A stretch of 57,180 bases of DNA from an uncultured bacterium (GTDB taxonomy: Bacteria > Patescibacteriota > Minisyncoccia > Phycocordibacterales > UBA6065): positions 1-57,180 of the forward strand of contig CAIMLU010000018.1 in assembly GCA_903842365.1 (NCBI GenBank). The letters run 5' to 3'. The number at the start of each line of letters is the position of its first letter. Position 1 is the stretch's first letter. The notes below the pieces were generated by a model. The model was not told where the DNA came from, made no database searches, and was given only the letters and a program-made list of their open reading frames with translations. A program made the translations under genes and the position numbers. Shown here piece after piece: positions 44,415-54,985 of this stretch.

Positions 44415-44423
44415 TCGATTTCT

Positions 44424-45296
44424 ATGGACGATAGTACGAGAAAACGAATAACAGAAATTGAAGCCCTTATGCTTGAGGGTGATTTTTGGTCTGATAAAGA
44501 TAAAGCCCAGGTGATAATGCGTGAGCTTGCTACGCTTAAAGCAAAAGCATCCGAGGTCGATAAATATGAACGGGGGAATGCAATCATGACCATTTTCTCG
44601 GGTGCGGGAGGTGATGATGCAGAAGACTTTACTCGAATGTTATTGTTGATGTATGAACGTTTTATTTCAAAACGGGGTTGGACTTTCCAGTACGTAAGTC
44701 GTGCTGAAAATACTCAGGGTGGATACAGAAATGTAACTATTGAGGTTGAGGGTCGGGGTGCGTATGGCACACTAAAGAATGAGTCTGGTGTCCATAGACT
44801 AGTCCGCATATCACCGTTTAATGCAAAAAAATTAAGGCAGACGTCATTTTCACTTGTTGAGGTGGTTCCAAAATTTGATAAGATGGTATCGATTGATATC
44901 CCGCCTGAAGAAATTAGAATTGAGTTTTCTCGATCAGGTGGCCCTGGGGGACAGAATGTGAATAAACGTGAAACTGCAGTGCGTTTGGTTCATATCCCAA
45001 CAAAGATAGCAGCACATGCTGATACTGAACGTTCACAGGCACAGAATCGTGATCGTGCGATGGATATTCTTAAGGCTCGCATTTACAAATTTCGCGAAGA
45101 TGAGCGCAAATCAAAAGAAGCAGGGGTGTATATATCAAAGACGACTGATGTAGAGTGGGGAAATCAAATTAGATCATACGTGCTTCATCCATACAAAATG
45201 GTAAAGGATCACCGAACTAGTGTTGAGACATCAAACGTTGAGGCTGTTCTCGGTGGTGATATTGAAAGTTTCATCGATGCTGAGAAAACCTTGTAA
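44424..45296 (+). CDS. prfB: peptide chain release factor 2 (short N-terminus, no programmed frameshift)
   Basis: SPF tripeptide (RISPFNA) and GGQ (SGGPGGQNVNK). 290 aa. The upstream frame is closed by the TAA at 44412-44414. Confidence 0.9.
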   Translation: MDDSTRKRITEIEALMLEGDFWSDKDKAQVIMRELATLKAKASEVDKYERGNAIMTIFSGAGGDDAEDFTRMLLLMYERFISKRGWTFQYVSRAENTQGGYRNVTIEVEGRGAYGTLKNESGVHRLVRISPFNAKKLRQTSFSLVEVVPKFDKMVSIDIPPEEIRIEFSRSGGPGGQNVNKRETAVRLVHIPTKIAAHADTERSQAQNRDRAMDILKARIYKFREDERKSKEAGVYISKTTDVEWGNQIRSYVLHPYKMVKDHRTSVETSNVEAVLGGDIESFIDAEKTL

Positions 45297-45347
45297 AGGG
45301 TTTCAGATTAACACATAAGAGCGTATACTGGATACGTAGTTTACTCA

Positions 45348-46046
45348 TTGAATACATATAAAGCTGTGATACATTTCGACAAGGTGTCTAAAATATATTC
45401 GGATGATTCAATCGCCCTTGATGAGGTCTCTTTCACTGTCAATTCACAGGAATTTGTTACCATCGTTGGTCATTCTGGTGCTGGTAAATCAACGCTCATA
45501 AAGATGCTTCTTCTTGAGGAAAAGCCTTCCCATGGAACTATCTTATTTGAAAAGTTCGATGTGAGTCGATTGCGTAGACGCGATATTCCTAAATATCGAA
45601 GACGCATAGGTACGGTGTTTCAGGATTTCAAACTCATTCCAAACAAAACGGTTTTTGAGAACGTTGCGTTTGCAATGGAAGCTGCTGGCCGTACAGACGA
45701 AGAAATTGCAGCTGATGTACCACACGTACTAAGTCTTGTTGATCTTCGTAAAAAAATTTGGAATTTTCCACATGAACTTTCTGGCGGTGAGAAGCAGCGT
45801 GTTGCTATTGCCCGTGCGATTATTAATCAACCAGATGTAGTTATTGCTGATGAACCAACAGGAAATCTTGATCCAATTAATGCGCGAGAAATTGTTGAAA
45901 TCTTGAAAAGAATTAATTCGCTTGGCACAACAGTTATCCTTACAACTCACAACAAGGACGTAGTTGATGCAATTGGAAAACGCGTCATAACAATGGAGAA
46001 AGGGAAGATTATTCGAGATAATAAGGACGGTAAGTACGCACTTTAA
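45348..46046 (+). CDS. ftsE: cell division ATP-binding protein FtsE
   Basis: [24 protein letters not shown] and ADEPTGNLD motifs; followed by ftsX. Confidence 0.88.
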   Translation: MNTYKAVIHFDKVSKIYSDDSIALDEVSFTVNSQEFVTIVGHSGAGKSTLIKMLLLEEKPSHGTILFEKFDVSRLRRRDIPKYRRRIGTVFQDFKLIPNKTVFENVAFAMEAAGRTDEEIAADVPHVLSLVDLRKKIWNFPHELSGGEKQRVAIARAIINQPDVVIADEPTGNLDPINAREIVEILKRINSLGTTVILTTHNKDVVDAIGKRVITMEKGKIIRDNKDGKYAL

Positions 46047-46068
46047 TACCATTTAAAATAAAAACATC

Positions 46069-46995
46069 ATGACAATTTGGTCGAATTTCAAGAGGACGGC
46101 AAGAGCAGGGTTTATTGGTTTTTGGAGAAACGGTTTTGTTTCCCTTGCTTCAGTGCTTATTATGACCGTAACACTCTTTGTATTTGGTTCTACTATTTTT
46201 ATTAACGCCCTTCTTGAAGCCTCAATACATGAGGTTGAGTCGCGTGTAGATATTAATGTTTATTTCTCATCTAGTGCAAAAGAGGATGATATCCTTGCTT
46301 TGAAAACAAAAGTTGAAACATTGCCCGAAGTTGCTTTACCTGTTGAATACATTTCAAAAGAAGATGTTTTGGGAAATTTTAAAAAGCATCATGAAAATGA
46401 TGAGGTAATTCTACAATCTCTCGATGAGCTCGATGTAAATCCTTTTGGTGCAATTTTAAACATACGCGCAAAGGAGGTTGCTCAGTATGAAGGGATTGCA
46501 CGTTTTTTTGCAGATACACAGACTGACGATGGTGGTACTCAAATACAAAAGATAAATTACTATAACAATAAACAGGCGATTGATTCTTTAGGTCGCGCGG
46601 TTGATGGGGGGCGCAAAATTGGTGCAAGTATTACTATTGCTCTTGCGCTTCTTTCTATCTTAATTACGTTCAATACCATTCGTCTCTCGACATACATTGC
46701 CCGTGATGAAATTGCTGTAATGAGGCTTGTTGGTGCAAGTAATGGGTTTATTCGTGAACCATTTATTATTGCAGGGGCAATGTATGGGGCTCTGGCGGGT
46801 ATTATTGTGCTTGGTGGTTTTTACCCAGTTACGTATTGGATTGCCTCATCAATTGGTGATTTCTTTGGTGGTTTGGATCTTTTTGCCTATTACATTGAAC
46901 ATTTTGGTGAGATAACATTACTTCTTGTTATATCAGGCATTGTATTAGGATCTGTGTCGAGTTTCCTTGCGGTACGGAGATATCTTAGAATCTAA
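46069..46995 (+). CDS. ftsX: cell division permease-like protein FtsX
   Basis: 308 aa: one N-terminal TM, a periplasmic domain and three C-terminal TM helices (FtsX fold), directly after ftsE. Confidence 0.85.
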   Translation: MTIWSNFKRTARAGFIGFWRNGFVSLASVLIMTVTLFVFGSTIFINALLEASIHEVESRVDINVYFSSSAKEDDILALKTKVETLPEVALPVEYISKEDVLGNFKKHHENDEVILQSLDELDVNPFGAILNIRAKEVAQYEGIARFFADTQTDDGGTQIQKINYYNNKQAIDSLGRAVDGGRKIGASITIALALLSILITFNTIRLSTYIARDEIAVMRLVGASNGFIREPFIIAGAMYGALAGIIVLGGFYPVTYWIASSIGDFFGGLDLFAYYIEHFGEITLLLVISGIVLGSVSSFLAVRRYLRI

Positions 46996-47115
46996 GGGTA
47001 ATGAAACAAGGAAAATGAGGGTAAAAAAAGAAGGCCTATCCGTACAACTAGACGGTAGACCTTCTTTTCCGTAAAAGGTATTGCGTTACCACACCTAATC
47101 TAAATCAGATTTTTT

Positions 47116-48756
47116 ATGAAAAAACAGAAATACATATTTGTCATAGGAGGAGTGATGTCGGGGGTTGGAAAGGGAATCACCACTGCATCCATCGGTGCCA
47201 TTCTTGAGTCAAAAGGTTTTAAAGTTAATTTAATTAAAATCGACCCATATTTAAATGTCGATGCCGGAACCATGAACCCAACTGAACACGGTGAAGCTTT
47301 TGTGCTTGATTCTGGTCTTGAGACTGATCAGGATATGGGAAACTATGAGCGCTTCCTAAATAAAAGTCTCTCAAACGATGATTACATAACAAGTGGAATG
47401 GTATATCGTGCGGTTATAGAACGTGAACGCAACCTCGGGTATGGAGGAAAATGTGTCGAAGCAATCCCTCATATTACTGATGAAATATTGATGCGTATTA
47501 ATCGTGCGGCAATGGAAAATAAGTCAGATATATCAGTTGTTGAAATAGGTGGAACAATTGGTGATTATCAGAACGCGCTCTTTATTGAAACCGCACGTAT
47601 TCTTAAAATCAAGCATCCAGAAGATGTAATGACGGTTCTTGTGAGTTATCTACCCATTCCAAACACGATTGGCGAGATGAAATCAAAACCAACCCAGAAC
47701 GCCATTCGACAACTCAATTCGTACGGCGTTCACGCTGACATGATTATCGCAAGGAGTCCTTTACCGGTTGATGATAAACGAAAAGAAAAGATTGCTAATG
47801 CCACATCGGTTCCTGCGACTCATATTATTTCTGCGCCGGACATTGAAAGTGTCTATGATGTTCCTCTTAATTTTGAGAAAGATAAAGTGGGGGAGATTGT
47901 TATGCGTATTTTACGTTTACGTAAAAAAGGATCAGCCCCAGGTCTCGGTGCATGGGAAAATTTTGCAAAATCAGTTAAAACATTCAAAAAAATAGTTAAA
48001 ATTGGTATTGTGGGTAAGTATTTTGATACCGGAGATTTTGTGCTCTCTGATGCATATATTTCTGTTATAGAAGCGCTCAAATTTTCAGCATATAGTATCG
48101 GTGTAAAAGCCGAGCTTGAATGGATTAATGCAAAAAGTTTTGAACGTGGAGCCGATATTAGCACCCTCGGTAAATATGATGGTATTTTGGTTCCGGGTGG
48201 TTTTGGTGAGACTGGTATCGAGGGTAAGATAAGAGCGATTCAGTATGCTCGTGAAAATAATGTTCCTTATTTTGGACTCTGTTATGGTATGCAGCTTATG
48301 GTTATTGAATACGCGCGCAATGTTCTTGATTTAAAAAGTGCTCATACGACAGAGATCGTAAAAGACTCAGAACACCCGGTTGTTCATATTATGCCTGACC
48401 AAGAGAAGAAGCTTCTTGAAAAAGCGTATGGCGGAACAATGCGTCTTGGTGCGTATCCCTCAATCCTCAAGAAAGGGTCTGTTGCCGCGATTGCGTATGG
48501 TAAGGAGGTCATAGAGGAGCGTCATAGACACCGATATGAGGTGAATAATGCGTATAGAAAGATGCTCGAAAATGGAGGACTCATTTTCTCGGGGACATCA
48601 CCTGATGGGTTGTTGGCAGAGATTGCTGAATTACCAAAAAAGAAACATCCTTTTTTCCTCGGTACACAGTTTCATCCAGAATTTAAAGCGCGTCCACTTG
48701 ATCCACACCCACTCTTCACTGCGTTTATAAAAGCGTCTATTGTTTCCAAAAAATAA
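47116..48756 (+). CDS. pyrG: CTP synthase
   Basis: IFVIGGVMSGVGKGIT, the GATase Cys motif GLCYGMQL, and HRHRYEVN. Confidence 0.96.
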   Translation: MKKQKYIFVIGGVMSGVGKGITTASIGAILESKGFKVNLIKIDPYLNVDAGTMNPTEHGEAFVLDSGLETDQDMGNYERFLNKSLSNDDYITSGMVYRAVIERERNLGYGGKCVEAIPHITDEILMRINRAAMENKSDISVVEIGGTIGDYQNALFIETARILKIKHPEDVMTVLVSYLPIPNTIGEMKSKPTQNAIRQLNSYGVHADMIIARSPLPVDDKRKEKIANATSVPATHIISAPDIESVYDVPLNFEKDKVGEIVMRILRLRKKGSAPGLGAWENFAKSVKTFKKIVKIGIVGKYFDTGDFVLSDAYISVIEALKFSAYSIGVKAELEWINAKSFERGADISTLGKYDGILVPGGFGETGIEGKIRAIQYARENNVPYFGLCYGMQLMVIEYARNVLDLKSAHTTEIVKDSEHPVVHIMPDQEKKLLEKAYGGTMRLGAYPSILKKGSVAAIAYGKEVIEERHRHRYEVNNAYRKMLENGGLIFSGTSPDGLLAEIAELPKKKHPFFLGTQFHPEFKARPLDPHPLFTAFIKASIVSKK

Positions 48757-48759
48757 TAT

Positions 48760-49638
48760 ATGACCGTTGTTATTGGTCTCGGACTCGCTGTTGTCGCGAT
48801 GTTTTGTTGGGCTTTTGGTGACTTTCTCATTCAAAAAACTACTCGAAAAATAGGGGATTGGGAAACACTTTTTGCAATATCACTATTTAGTGTACTCCTC
48901 CTCCTGCCTTTTGTGTGGCGTCTCATTCCATCATTCTTTTCTCTTGATCTTAAAACATTCGTCATTGTGATGTGTGTAAACATCACACTCTTTTTTTCTG
49001 CGCTTATCGATTTTGAAGCTCTGAAGAAGGGGAAATTATCTATCATTGAACCTATTTGGTCATTTGAGATTCCTGCGGCTTCAATTCTCGCTTTTTTGAT
49101 TATTGGTGAGCATATTAGCGTGACTCAAATAATCCTCATTGTTCTGTTGGTTATATCTCTTTGTTTACTTGCATTTAGAGAAAAGAAATTTTCTAAATCC
49201 TTTTTATTCGAAAAGGGTGTCTTTATTGCGGCTGTCGGTGCTATCACTATGGGTGCTGCCCAATTCTTTCTTGGATGGGGAGCGCGGGTTGTGGATCCGC
49301 TCAGTATTAACTTCATAACAGATATTTTTATGTTGCTTGGAACAGGGTTATATCTTTTTGCAAAGGGGCGCCTTTTCCATACTTTTGCTGATATTTTATC
49401 AAAAGCCCGCCTGGTGATACCAATGTCGGTTTTTGATAAAACAGCGTGGGTTGCATATGCATTTTCAATGACGCTTGCCCCGATAGCCATTGCCACCGCT
49501 CTCTCCGAAAGTTACATTATTGTGGTTGTTCTTTTAGGTATTTTTCTCAACAAGGAAAAACTTTATTTACATCAAAAAATTGGTCTCCTAGGTGCGATTA
49601 TGACAGCATGCGTACTTACCTTCGTGACATCTGTTTAA
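48760..49638 (+). CDS. EamA/DMT-family transporter
   Basis: 292 aa, about 10 TM helices in two similar halves. Confidence 0.7.
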   Translation: MTVVIGLGLAVVAMFCWAFGDFLIQKTTRKIGDWETLFAISLFSVLLLLPFVWRLIPSFFSLDLKTFVIVMCVNITLFFSALIDFEALKKGKLSIIEPIWSFEIPAASILAFLIIGEHISVTQIILIVLLVISLCLLAFREKKFSKSFLFEKGVFIAAVGAITMGAAQFFLGWGARVVDPLSINFITDIFMLLGTGLYLFAKGRLFHTFADILSKARLVIPMSVFDKTAWVAYAFSMTLAPIAIATALSESYIIVVVLLGIFLNKEKLYLHQKIGLLGAIMTACVLTFVTSV

Positions 49639-49703
49639 TGTGTTGGTTTGTAAAACCTCTTTGTTGTTTGTGTTTTCATTGAAAATCATGCTCTAATGGA
49701 GGG

Positions 49704-50279
49704 GTGGATCGTAATGATCAATATGGTGAAGAAAACGTAGTAAAGAAAGGTACTTTTGATACCCGTTTTTTTGAAGTGCTTATCGAAACTCATTCACAAG
49801 CACTCTATAGATTTGCAAGGAGTATTGTAAAAGATGATGATGGTGCTAAAGATGTTGTACAAGAAACTTTTTTGTATGTATGGAAGGCAAGGTTGGGCAT
49901 AGATATGAGCAAGAATATAAAATCATGGCTTTTCTCAATTACGTACAGTAGGGCGATAGATTATGTCCGTAAATATAAAAAGATAGTCATGTTTTCTGGT
50001 CTTGATACAGATGAAGGTGAATCTTTTGGTGTGGATATCAAAGATGACGAGCTTCTTGCGGATGACGTGTTTGACAGAGAAGTTGATGTGGCTGTGGTCC
50101 AACAGAGTCTCGATACACTTTCTGAGACCGATCGTTTGCTTATTAATCTTCATGTGGCAGAAGAAATGACGTTTGCTGAAATAGCTCATGTTATTGAACA
50201 GCCACTTAATACGGTGAAAAGTAGGTATCGAAGGATTTTATTAAAATTAAGAAAGTATCTTGCACCAAAATATGAATAA
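49704..50279 (+). CDS. ECF-type RNA polymerase sigma-70 family factor
   Basis: Region 2 DVVQETFLYVWKA and region 4 HTH MTFAEIAHVIEQPLNTVKSRYRR. GTG start. Confidence 0.85.
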   Translation: MDRNDQYGEENVVKKGTFDTRFFEVLIETHSQALYRFARSIVKDDDGAKDVVQETFLYVWKARLGIDMSKNIKSWLFSITYSRAIDYVRKYKKIVMFSGLDTDEGESFGVDIKDDELLADDVFDREVDVAVVQQSLDTLSETDRLLINLHVAEEMTFAEIAHVIEQPLNTVKSRYRRILLKLRKYLAPKYE

Positions 50280-50296
50280 GGTACGTATATACTAGT

Positions 50297-50698
50297 ATGC
50301 AAAATAAGTTCCGTAACATAATTGCTCTTACATACGAGACGTCGCCAATATCCGATCTCCCGGATCAAATTTCTCTACGCATAGAACATTATGAACGAAG
50401 ACATATCCTTATTGGTGTTGTTTCAAGTGCAAGTGCGTCAATTATCTCTCTTGTGGTCGCATTTATTGCGGTCTCATCTGTTGTATCAACTCTAAATCTT
50501 GTTGGTTTTTTTGGATATACAGACGCATCTGTTATCGGCGACGTTTTTTCATCAGGAGCGCTATCTGATGTTTTCTCACTTATCGTTGAAAATATTCCTG
50601 GGTATATGTTTGCTGGTTTCATTGTGTCAATTGCCTTTTTTATCGGTTCGCTTATAAGTACTGTTGGTTTTGCCCGTGCCCGTCTTGCATTGGATTAA
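50297..50698 (+). CDS. membrane protein, putative anti-sigma factor (by position only)
   Basis: 133 aa with TM helices, immediately downstream of the ECF sigma gene. Confidence 0.45.
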   Translation: MQNKFRNIIALTYETSPISDLPDQISLRIEHYERRHILIGVVSSASASIISLVVAFIAVSSVVSTLNLVGFFGYTDASVIGDVFSSGALSDVFSLIVENIPGYMFAGFIVSIAFFIGSLISTVGFARARLALD

Positions 50699-50707
50699 CT
50701 TAAAATC

Positions 50708-51187
50708 ATGAAGAACATACAACACGTTTCATTTGCTGATATATATAAGTCGCATAAGGTTAGATTAATTTTAACTGCTATTTTTGTAGTTGCCGCTTTT
50801 GTCGCGGTGTTTGATGCGGGTCAATCGGTTGGATTCAGGAAAGCTGATTTTGTGTGTGGTGTTGGTGGTAGGTATCACGATATGTTTGAGGGGCGAGAAT
50901 CAAAAGGCCGTGTATGGGGTACAGGGATGACATCACCAACACTTGATACGCATGGTGCCATTGGTGAAATAGTAAAAATCGAAGGAACTCTTCTTACGGT
51001 CGCAACTCCTGATAATTTTGAAAAAGTGGTTCGCGTTAAAGATGCAACCCTTATTCGTAGGTTTAGAGATTCAGTTACCGTCAAAGATATTTCGGTTGGG
51101 GATAGGGTTGTTGTTATTGGGTCACCTAATGATGTATCAGAGATCGAGGCTCGTCTTATCCGTATTCTTCCTCAAGTATCCAGGTAG
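50708..51187 (+). CDS. N-terminally anchored hypothetical protein (DUF5666-like beta domain?)
   Basis: 159 aa with one TM helix. GEIVKIEGTLLTV...GDRVVVIG suggests an OB/beta-barrel-like pattern. Confidence 0.5.
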   Translation: MKNIQHVSFADIYKSHKVRLILTAIFVVAAFVAVFDAGQSVGFRKADFVCGVGGRYHDMFEGRESKGRVWGTGMTSPTLDTHGAIGEIVKIEGTLLTVATPDNFEKVVRVKDATLIRRFRDSVTVKDISVGDRVVVIGSPNDVSEIEARLIRILPQVSR

Positions 51188-51223
51188 ATTAAGTGATGGC
51201 ACTTTAATAAGTATATTAAAAAA

Positions 51224-52975
51224 ATGTTCTTACACCTTAAACAACGCTTTGCTGGCCTTATACGTTTTTCTTTCAAATACAAGAAAAGTTCCCTTGTTGT
51301 GATTATTGCGATTATCGTTGTGGGCTATTATGGGTTTCACACACTCTGGCCGAGGGGGTCACTTACAAGGTATGTTGTTTCCAAAACTGCAACTGGAACC
51401 ATTGAATCTACTGTTTCCGGTAGTGGGCAGGTCTCTGCTGCGTCTCAGGTTGATATCAAGAGTAAGGTTTCAGGTGAAGTGCTCTCTATCTCTGTTAAAT
51501 CAGGTGATCCTGTGAAAGTGGGTGATATTATTGCACGTATTGATGATCGCGACGCTCGTGTCGAGCTCGAGAATGCTCGTATTGGGTATCAAAAATTAAC
51601 AAAACCCGCAGACACCATCACCATCCTTCAGTCAGAGGGTTCACTTCGGTCTGCAAAAGACAGCGTGCGTAAATCAAATGATGACTTGATAAAAGCATAT
51701 GATGGTGCTGTTGGCGTCGTTGATACCATGGCGCTTGATGGGACTGCTATGCTTTCAGATCTTAATAATATTTTTAACAACTCATCTGGTTTTTTTAGAG
51801 TTATTAACCCTATTTCACTTACTGATACATCTGCCACGTATATTCAAGATGCAGGAAAAAGTTTTGATATAGCAAATGCAAAATATAATGCATATATAAA
51901 TAAATATAAAGGTATTTCTCGCGCAAGTGCATCAACGACCATAGAGGCTTCTGCAACTGAGATATATAACACAGCAAAGTCAATTGCAACTGCGGTTAAA
52001 GATGCAAAAGCAGCGGTTGATAGGATTATCAAGAATGATCAGAATGATTCTCCAACAAGTGCTGCATTATCAGCGCAATCGCTTCTTGGGGATGATATGC
52101 AAAAATCTACATCATTAGTTAATAATGCTTTTGGCGCAGTTGCGTCTATTCGATCTGCCCAAGAGTCCTTGTTTTCATCGACTCAGTTGGTTGTAGAAAA
52201 AGAACAAAATCTCGCTGAAACACTCGCTGGAGCAGATGTTCTTGATGTTCAATCACAAGCACTTCTACTTAAACAGAAAGAGGACGCTTTTGCTAATTAT
52301 GTTGTACGAGCACCTGTAAGCGGTGTTATTGCCAAAGTATCAATAGATGTATCAAACACTATTTCAAGTGGTGCGAGTGTTGCAATCGTTATTAGTGAGA
52401 AAAAGAAGGCAGTCATAACCCTGAATGAGGTTGATGCTGTTAAGGTAAAGGCGGGGCAAAAGGCAAGGGTGACGTTTGATGCAATTGATGGCCTTACCAT
52501 CCCTGGGGTGGTCGACAGCATTGATCTTGTTGGTACTGTGTCTCAGGGTGTTGTGAGCTATGGTTCAACCATAGCCTTTGAAGGGAATGATACTCGTATT
52601 CGTTCAGGTATGAGTGCGACCGTCGATATTATTGCCGATTCTCGTGCGGGTGTGATTATGGTTCCAAATGCGGCAATTAAAAAAGGGGCTCGATCAACAA
52701 AATATGTTGAAGTATTTGGTACCGTCCCCAACGAACGTGCCGCAGTAATATCTGGTTTTACATCAACAGCACTTCCAACAAAAGTTGATGTGGTGACAGG
52801 TTTAGCTGATGATATGAATACCGAGATCACATCAGGTTTATCTGGTGGTGAGTATGTGGTAAAGAAAACTATTGTTGGAACTACGACAGCAGCGTCATCC
52901 GCGCCAAGTATTTTGAGTGGTCTAAGAACGGGGGGACAGGGCGGTCAGGGAGGTGGTGCTGCACGTAGAAACTAA
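51224..52975 (+). CDS. efflux periplasmic adaptor (HlyD/MacA-like membrane fusion protein)
   Basis: N-terminal TM. Lipoyl-like GEVLSISVKSGDPVKVGDIIARID. A long coiled coil. Beta-barrel segment VRAPVSGVIAKV...KARVTFDAIDG. Gly-rich C-terminus. Confidence 0.8.
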   Translation: MFLHLKQRFAGLIRFSFKYKKSSLVVIIAIIVVGYYGFHTLWPRGSLTRYVVSKTATGTIESTVSGSGQVSAASQVDIKSKVSGEVLSISVKSGDPVKVGDIIARIDDRDARVELENARIGYQKLTKPADTITILQSEGSLRSAKDSVRKSNDDLIKAYDGAVGVVDTMALDGTAMLSDLNNIFNNSSGFFRVINPISLTDTSATYIQDAGKSFDIANAKYNAYINKYKGISRASASTTIEASATEIYNTAKSIATAVKDAKAAVDRIIKNDQNDSPTSAALSAQSLLGDDMQKSTSLVNNAFGAVASIRSAQESLFSSTQLVVEKEQNLAETLAGADVLDVQSQALLLKQKEDAFANYVVRAPVSGVIAKVSIDVSNTISSGASVAIVISEKKKAVITLNEVDAVKVKAGQKARVTFDAIDGLTIPGVVDSIDLVGTVSQGVVSYGSTIAFEGNDTRIRSGMSATVDIIADSRAGVIMVPNAAIKKGARSTKYVEVFGTVPNERAAVISGFTSTALPTKVDVVTGLADDMNTEITSGLSGGEYVVKKTIVGTTTAASSAPSILSGLRTGGQGGQGGGAARRN

Positions 52976-52979
52976 ATAT

Positions 52980-53702
52980 ATGATGATAGATATACAGAAT
53001 GTAGAAAAAGAGTATCGCATGGGCGGTTCATCTTTCAAAGCGCTTCGCGGAATTTCTTTCTCTGTAAAAGAAGGTGAGTTTGTTGCGATTATGGGTCCAT
53101 CGGGGTCTGGTAAATCAACTCTTATGCATATACTTGGTGCACTTGATACACCAACGTCTGGTACATACCTTCTTGAAGGTGCAGATGTTTCCAAACTTTC
53201 TGATGACGCATTGGCGGATATCCGTAGAGAAAAGATTGGTTTTGTGTTTCAGTCTTTTAACCTACTTCCTCGTACAACAGTTTTGCGTAATGTCATGTTA
53301 CCACTTATGTATGAAGGCATTGATAAAGAGGAGCGCCTCATACGTGCTACAAAAGCCCTTTTGGCGGCAGGGTTACCTGAGAGTCATTTTGAACATCTTT
53401 CAAACCAATTATCTGGTGGTCAGATACAACGCGTTGCAATAGCACGGGCGCTCGTCAATGATCCAGCAATCATCTTAGCGGATGAACCAACGGGTAACCT
53501 CGATACAAAAACAGGGGAGATTGTATTGGGTACATTTCAGAAGCTTAATCGTGAGCAGGGTAGGACGATTGTTCTCATCACGCATGAGCCGGATGTTGCC
53601 GAGCATGCTGATAGGATTATTTTAATTCGTGATGGGGAAATAGTATCTGATTCTAAAACCCACACAAAACGCGATGTGGTACATAAGATTAAAAACATAT
53701 GA
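52980..53702 (+). CDS. MacB/LolD-type ABC transporter ATP-binding protein
   Basis: [24 protein letters not shown] and ADEPTGNLD motifs. The ATG at 52980 is preferred to the overlapping 52953 start. Confidence 0.9.
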   Translation: MMIDIQNVEKEYRMGGSSFKALRGISFSVKEGEFVAIMGPSGSGKSTLMHILGALDTPTSGTYLLEGADVSKLSDDALADIRREKIGFVFQSFNLLPRTTVLRNVMLPLMYEGIDKEERLIRATKALLAAGLPESHFEHLSNQLSGGQIQRVAIARALVNDPAIILADEPTGNLDTKTGEIVLGTFQKLNREQGRTIVLITHEPDVAEHADRIILIRDGEIVSDSKTHTKRDVVHKIKNI

Positions 53703-54922
53703 AAGCATCAGATATCTTGAATGAGACATATTCAGCCCTATCGGCAAACAAAGTCCGATCTGGTCTTACGATGCTTGGTATTGTGATTGGTATAGCATCA
53801 GTCATTGCGATGCTTGCTATTGGCAATGGCGCAAAAGCGTCAATTGAAGCGAATATACAATCAATTGGATCGAACCTTATTATGGTTACACCGGGCGCAC
53901 AGCGTGGCCCTGGCGTAACGGTGAGTGCTGGTCGTGGATCTGCGAAGACGCTCACGAACGAAGATTCCGATGCAATCACAGCATCGATCGCCTCAATAAA
54001 AGCTGTTGCTCCAGAGGTTTCTGGCCGCTATCAAGTGACCGCAAAAGGTAAAAATACGAACACTCAAGTTCTTGGTACTGTTGAAGCGTATACGACGGTG
54101 CGAAATATTTCTGTTGATTCTGGTTCTTTTTTAACAAATCAGAACATTGATTCGACGAGCCGTGTTGCGGTGATAGGCCCAACGGTGAGAGATGATCTTT
54201 TTGGGCTTGAATCAGATCCAATTGGGGAAACTATAAAGATAAATAAAATTGCTTTCAAGGTTATTGGCGTTACGACACCAAAAGGCGGTACAGGATTCGG
54301 CAGTAGGGATGATGTTGTATATATACCTATTAGTTCTGCACAACGACTCTTGTCTGGTGATCAGTATGTGACGACAATAAACATCGCAGCAGCTACTGCT
54401 GGTTCTGCGACTGCTGTTCAGCAATCAGTGAACGACCTACTTATGGCACGTCATAACGTAAAAGATGCAACCTCTGCTGATTTTACTATTATGAATCAAG
54501 CGGATATTGTGGCGACTGCTTCAAGCGTTACGAGTACATTTACAGCGCTTCTTGGATCTGTTGCGGGTATATCACTTGTTGTGGGTGGCATTGGTATTAT
54601 GAATATGATGCTCACTGCTGTCACTGAACGTACAAGGGAGATTGGTTTACGAAAAGCCATAGGTGCAAAAAAGAAAGACATTAGTCGTCAATTCCTCATT
54701 GAATCAATATTTCTTACTTTCATTGGAGGTGTTGTTGGTATTGCACTCGGAACTTTCATTGCGTCAGTGGTTCAATGGACGGGGGTGGTTTCCACAACCG
54801 TTTCACTTTCATCGGTTGTGCTTGCCGTAAGTGTTTCAACAATCATTGGTATTGTGTTTGGGTATTATCCGGCAAAACGTGCCGCATCGCTCAATCCAAT
54901 AGATGCTTTGAGGTATGAATAA
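53699..54922 (+). CDS. MacB-type ABC transporter permease (MacB_PCD + FtsX domain)
   Basis: 407 aa: TM1, a large extracytoplasmic domain and three TM helices. GIGIMNMMLTAVTERTREIGLRKAIGA motif. ATGA overlap. Confidence 0.88.
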   Translation: MKASDILNETYSALSANKVRSGLTMLGIVIGIASVIAMLAIGNGAKASIEANIQSIGSNLIMVTPGAQRGPGVTVSAGRGSAKTLTNEDSDAITASIASIKAVAPEVSGRYQVTAKGKNTNTQVLGTVEAYTTVRNISVDSGSFLTNQNIDSTSRVAVIGPTVRDDLFGLESDPIGETIKINKIAFKVIGVTTPKGGTGFGSRDDVVYIPISSAQRLLSGDQYVTTINIAAATAGSATAVQQSVNDLLMARHNVKDATSADFTIMNQADIVATASSVTSTFTALLGSVAGISLVVGGIGIMNMMLTAVTERTREIGLRKAIGAKKKDISRQFLIESIFLTFIGGVVGIALGTFIASVVQWTGVVSTTVSLSSVVLAVSVSTIIGIVFGYYPAKRAASLNPIDALRYE

Positions 54923-54929
54923 ACAAAAA

Positions 54930-54955
54930 CCACCAGCAAAAGCTGGTGGTTTTTT
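54930..54955 (+). terminator. rho-independent terminator
   Basis: ccaccagc / gctggtgg stem followed by tttttt. Confidence 0.7.
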
Positions 54956-54985
54956 ACAGTCTTGTTTTTGACCCTTTATCTTGTG

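Noticed and set aside
44300-44430. Programmed +1 frameshift site upstream of prfB
   Set aside because: The prfB frame is closed by the TAA at 44412-44414 and no CTT TGA-like motif lies between it and the ATG at 44424. The upstream sequence is the 3' end of the cohesin protein gene.
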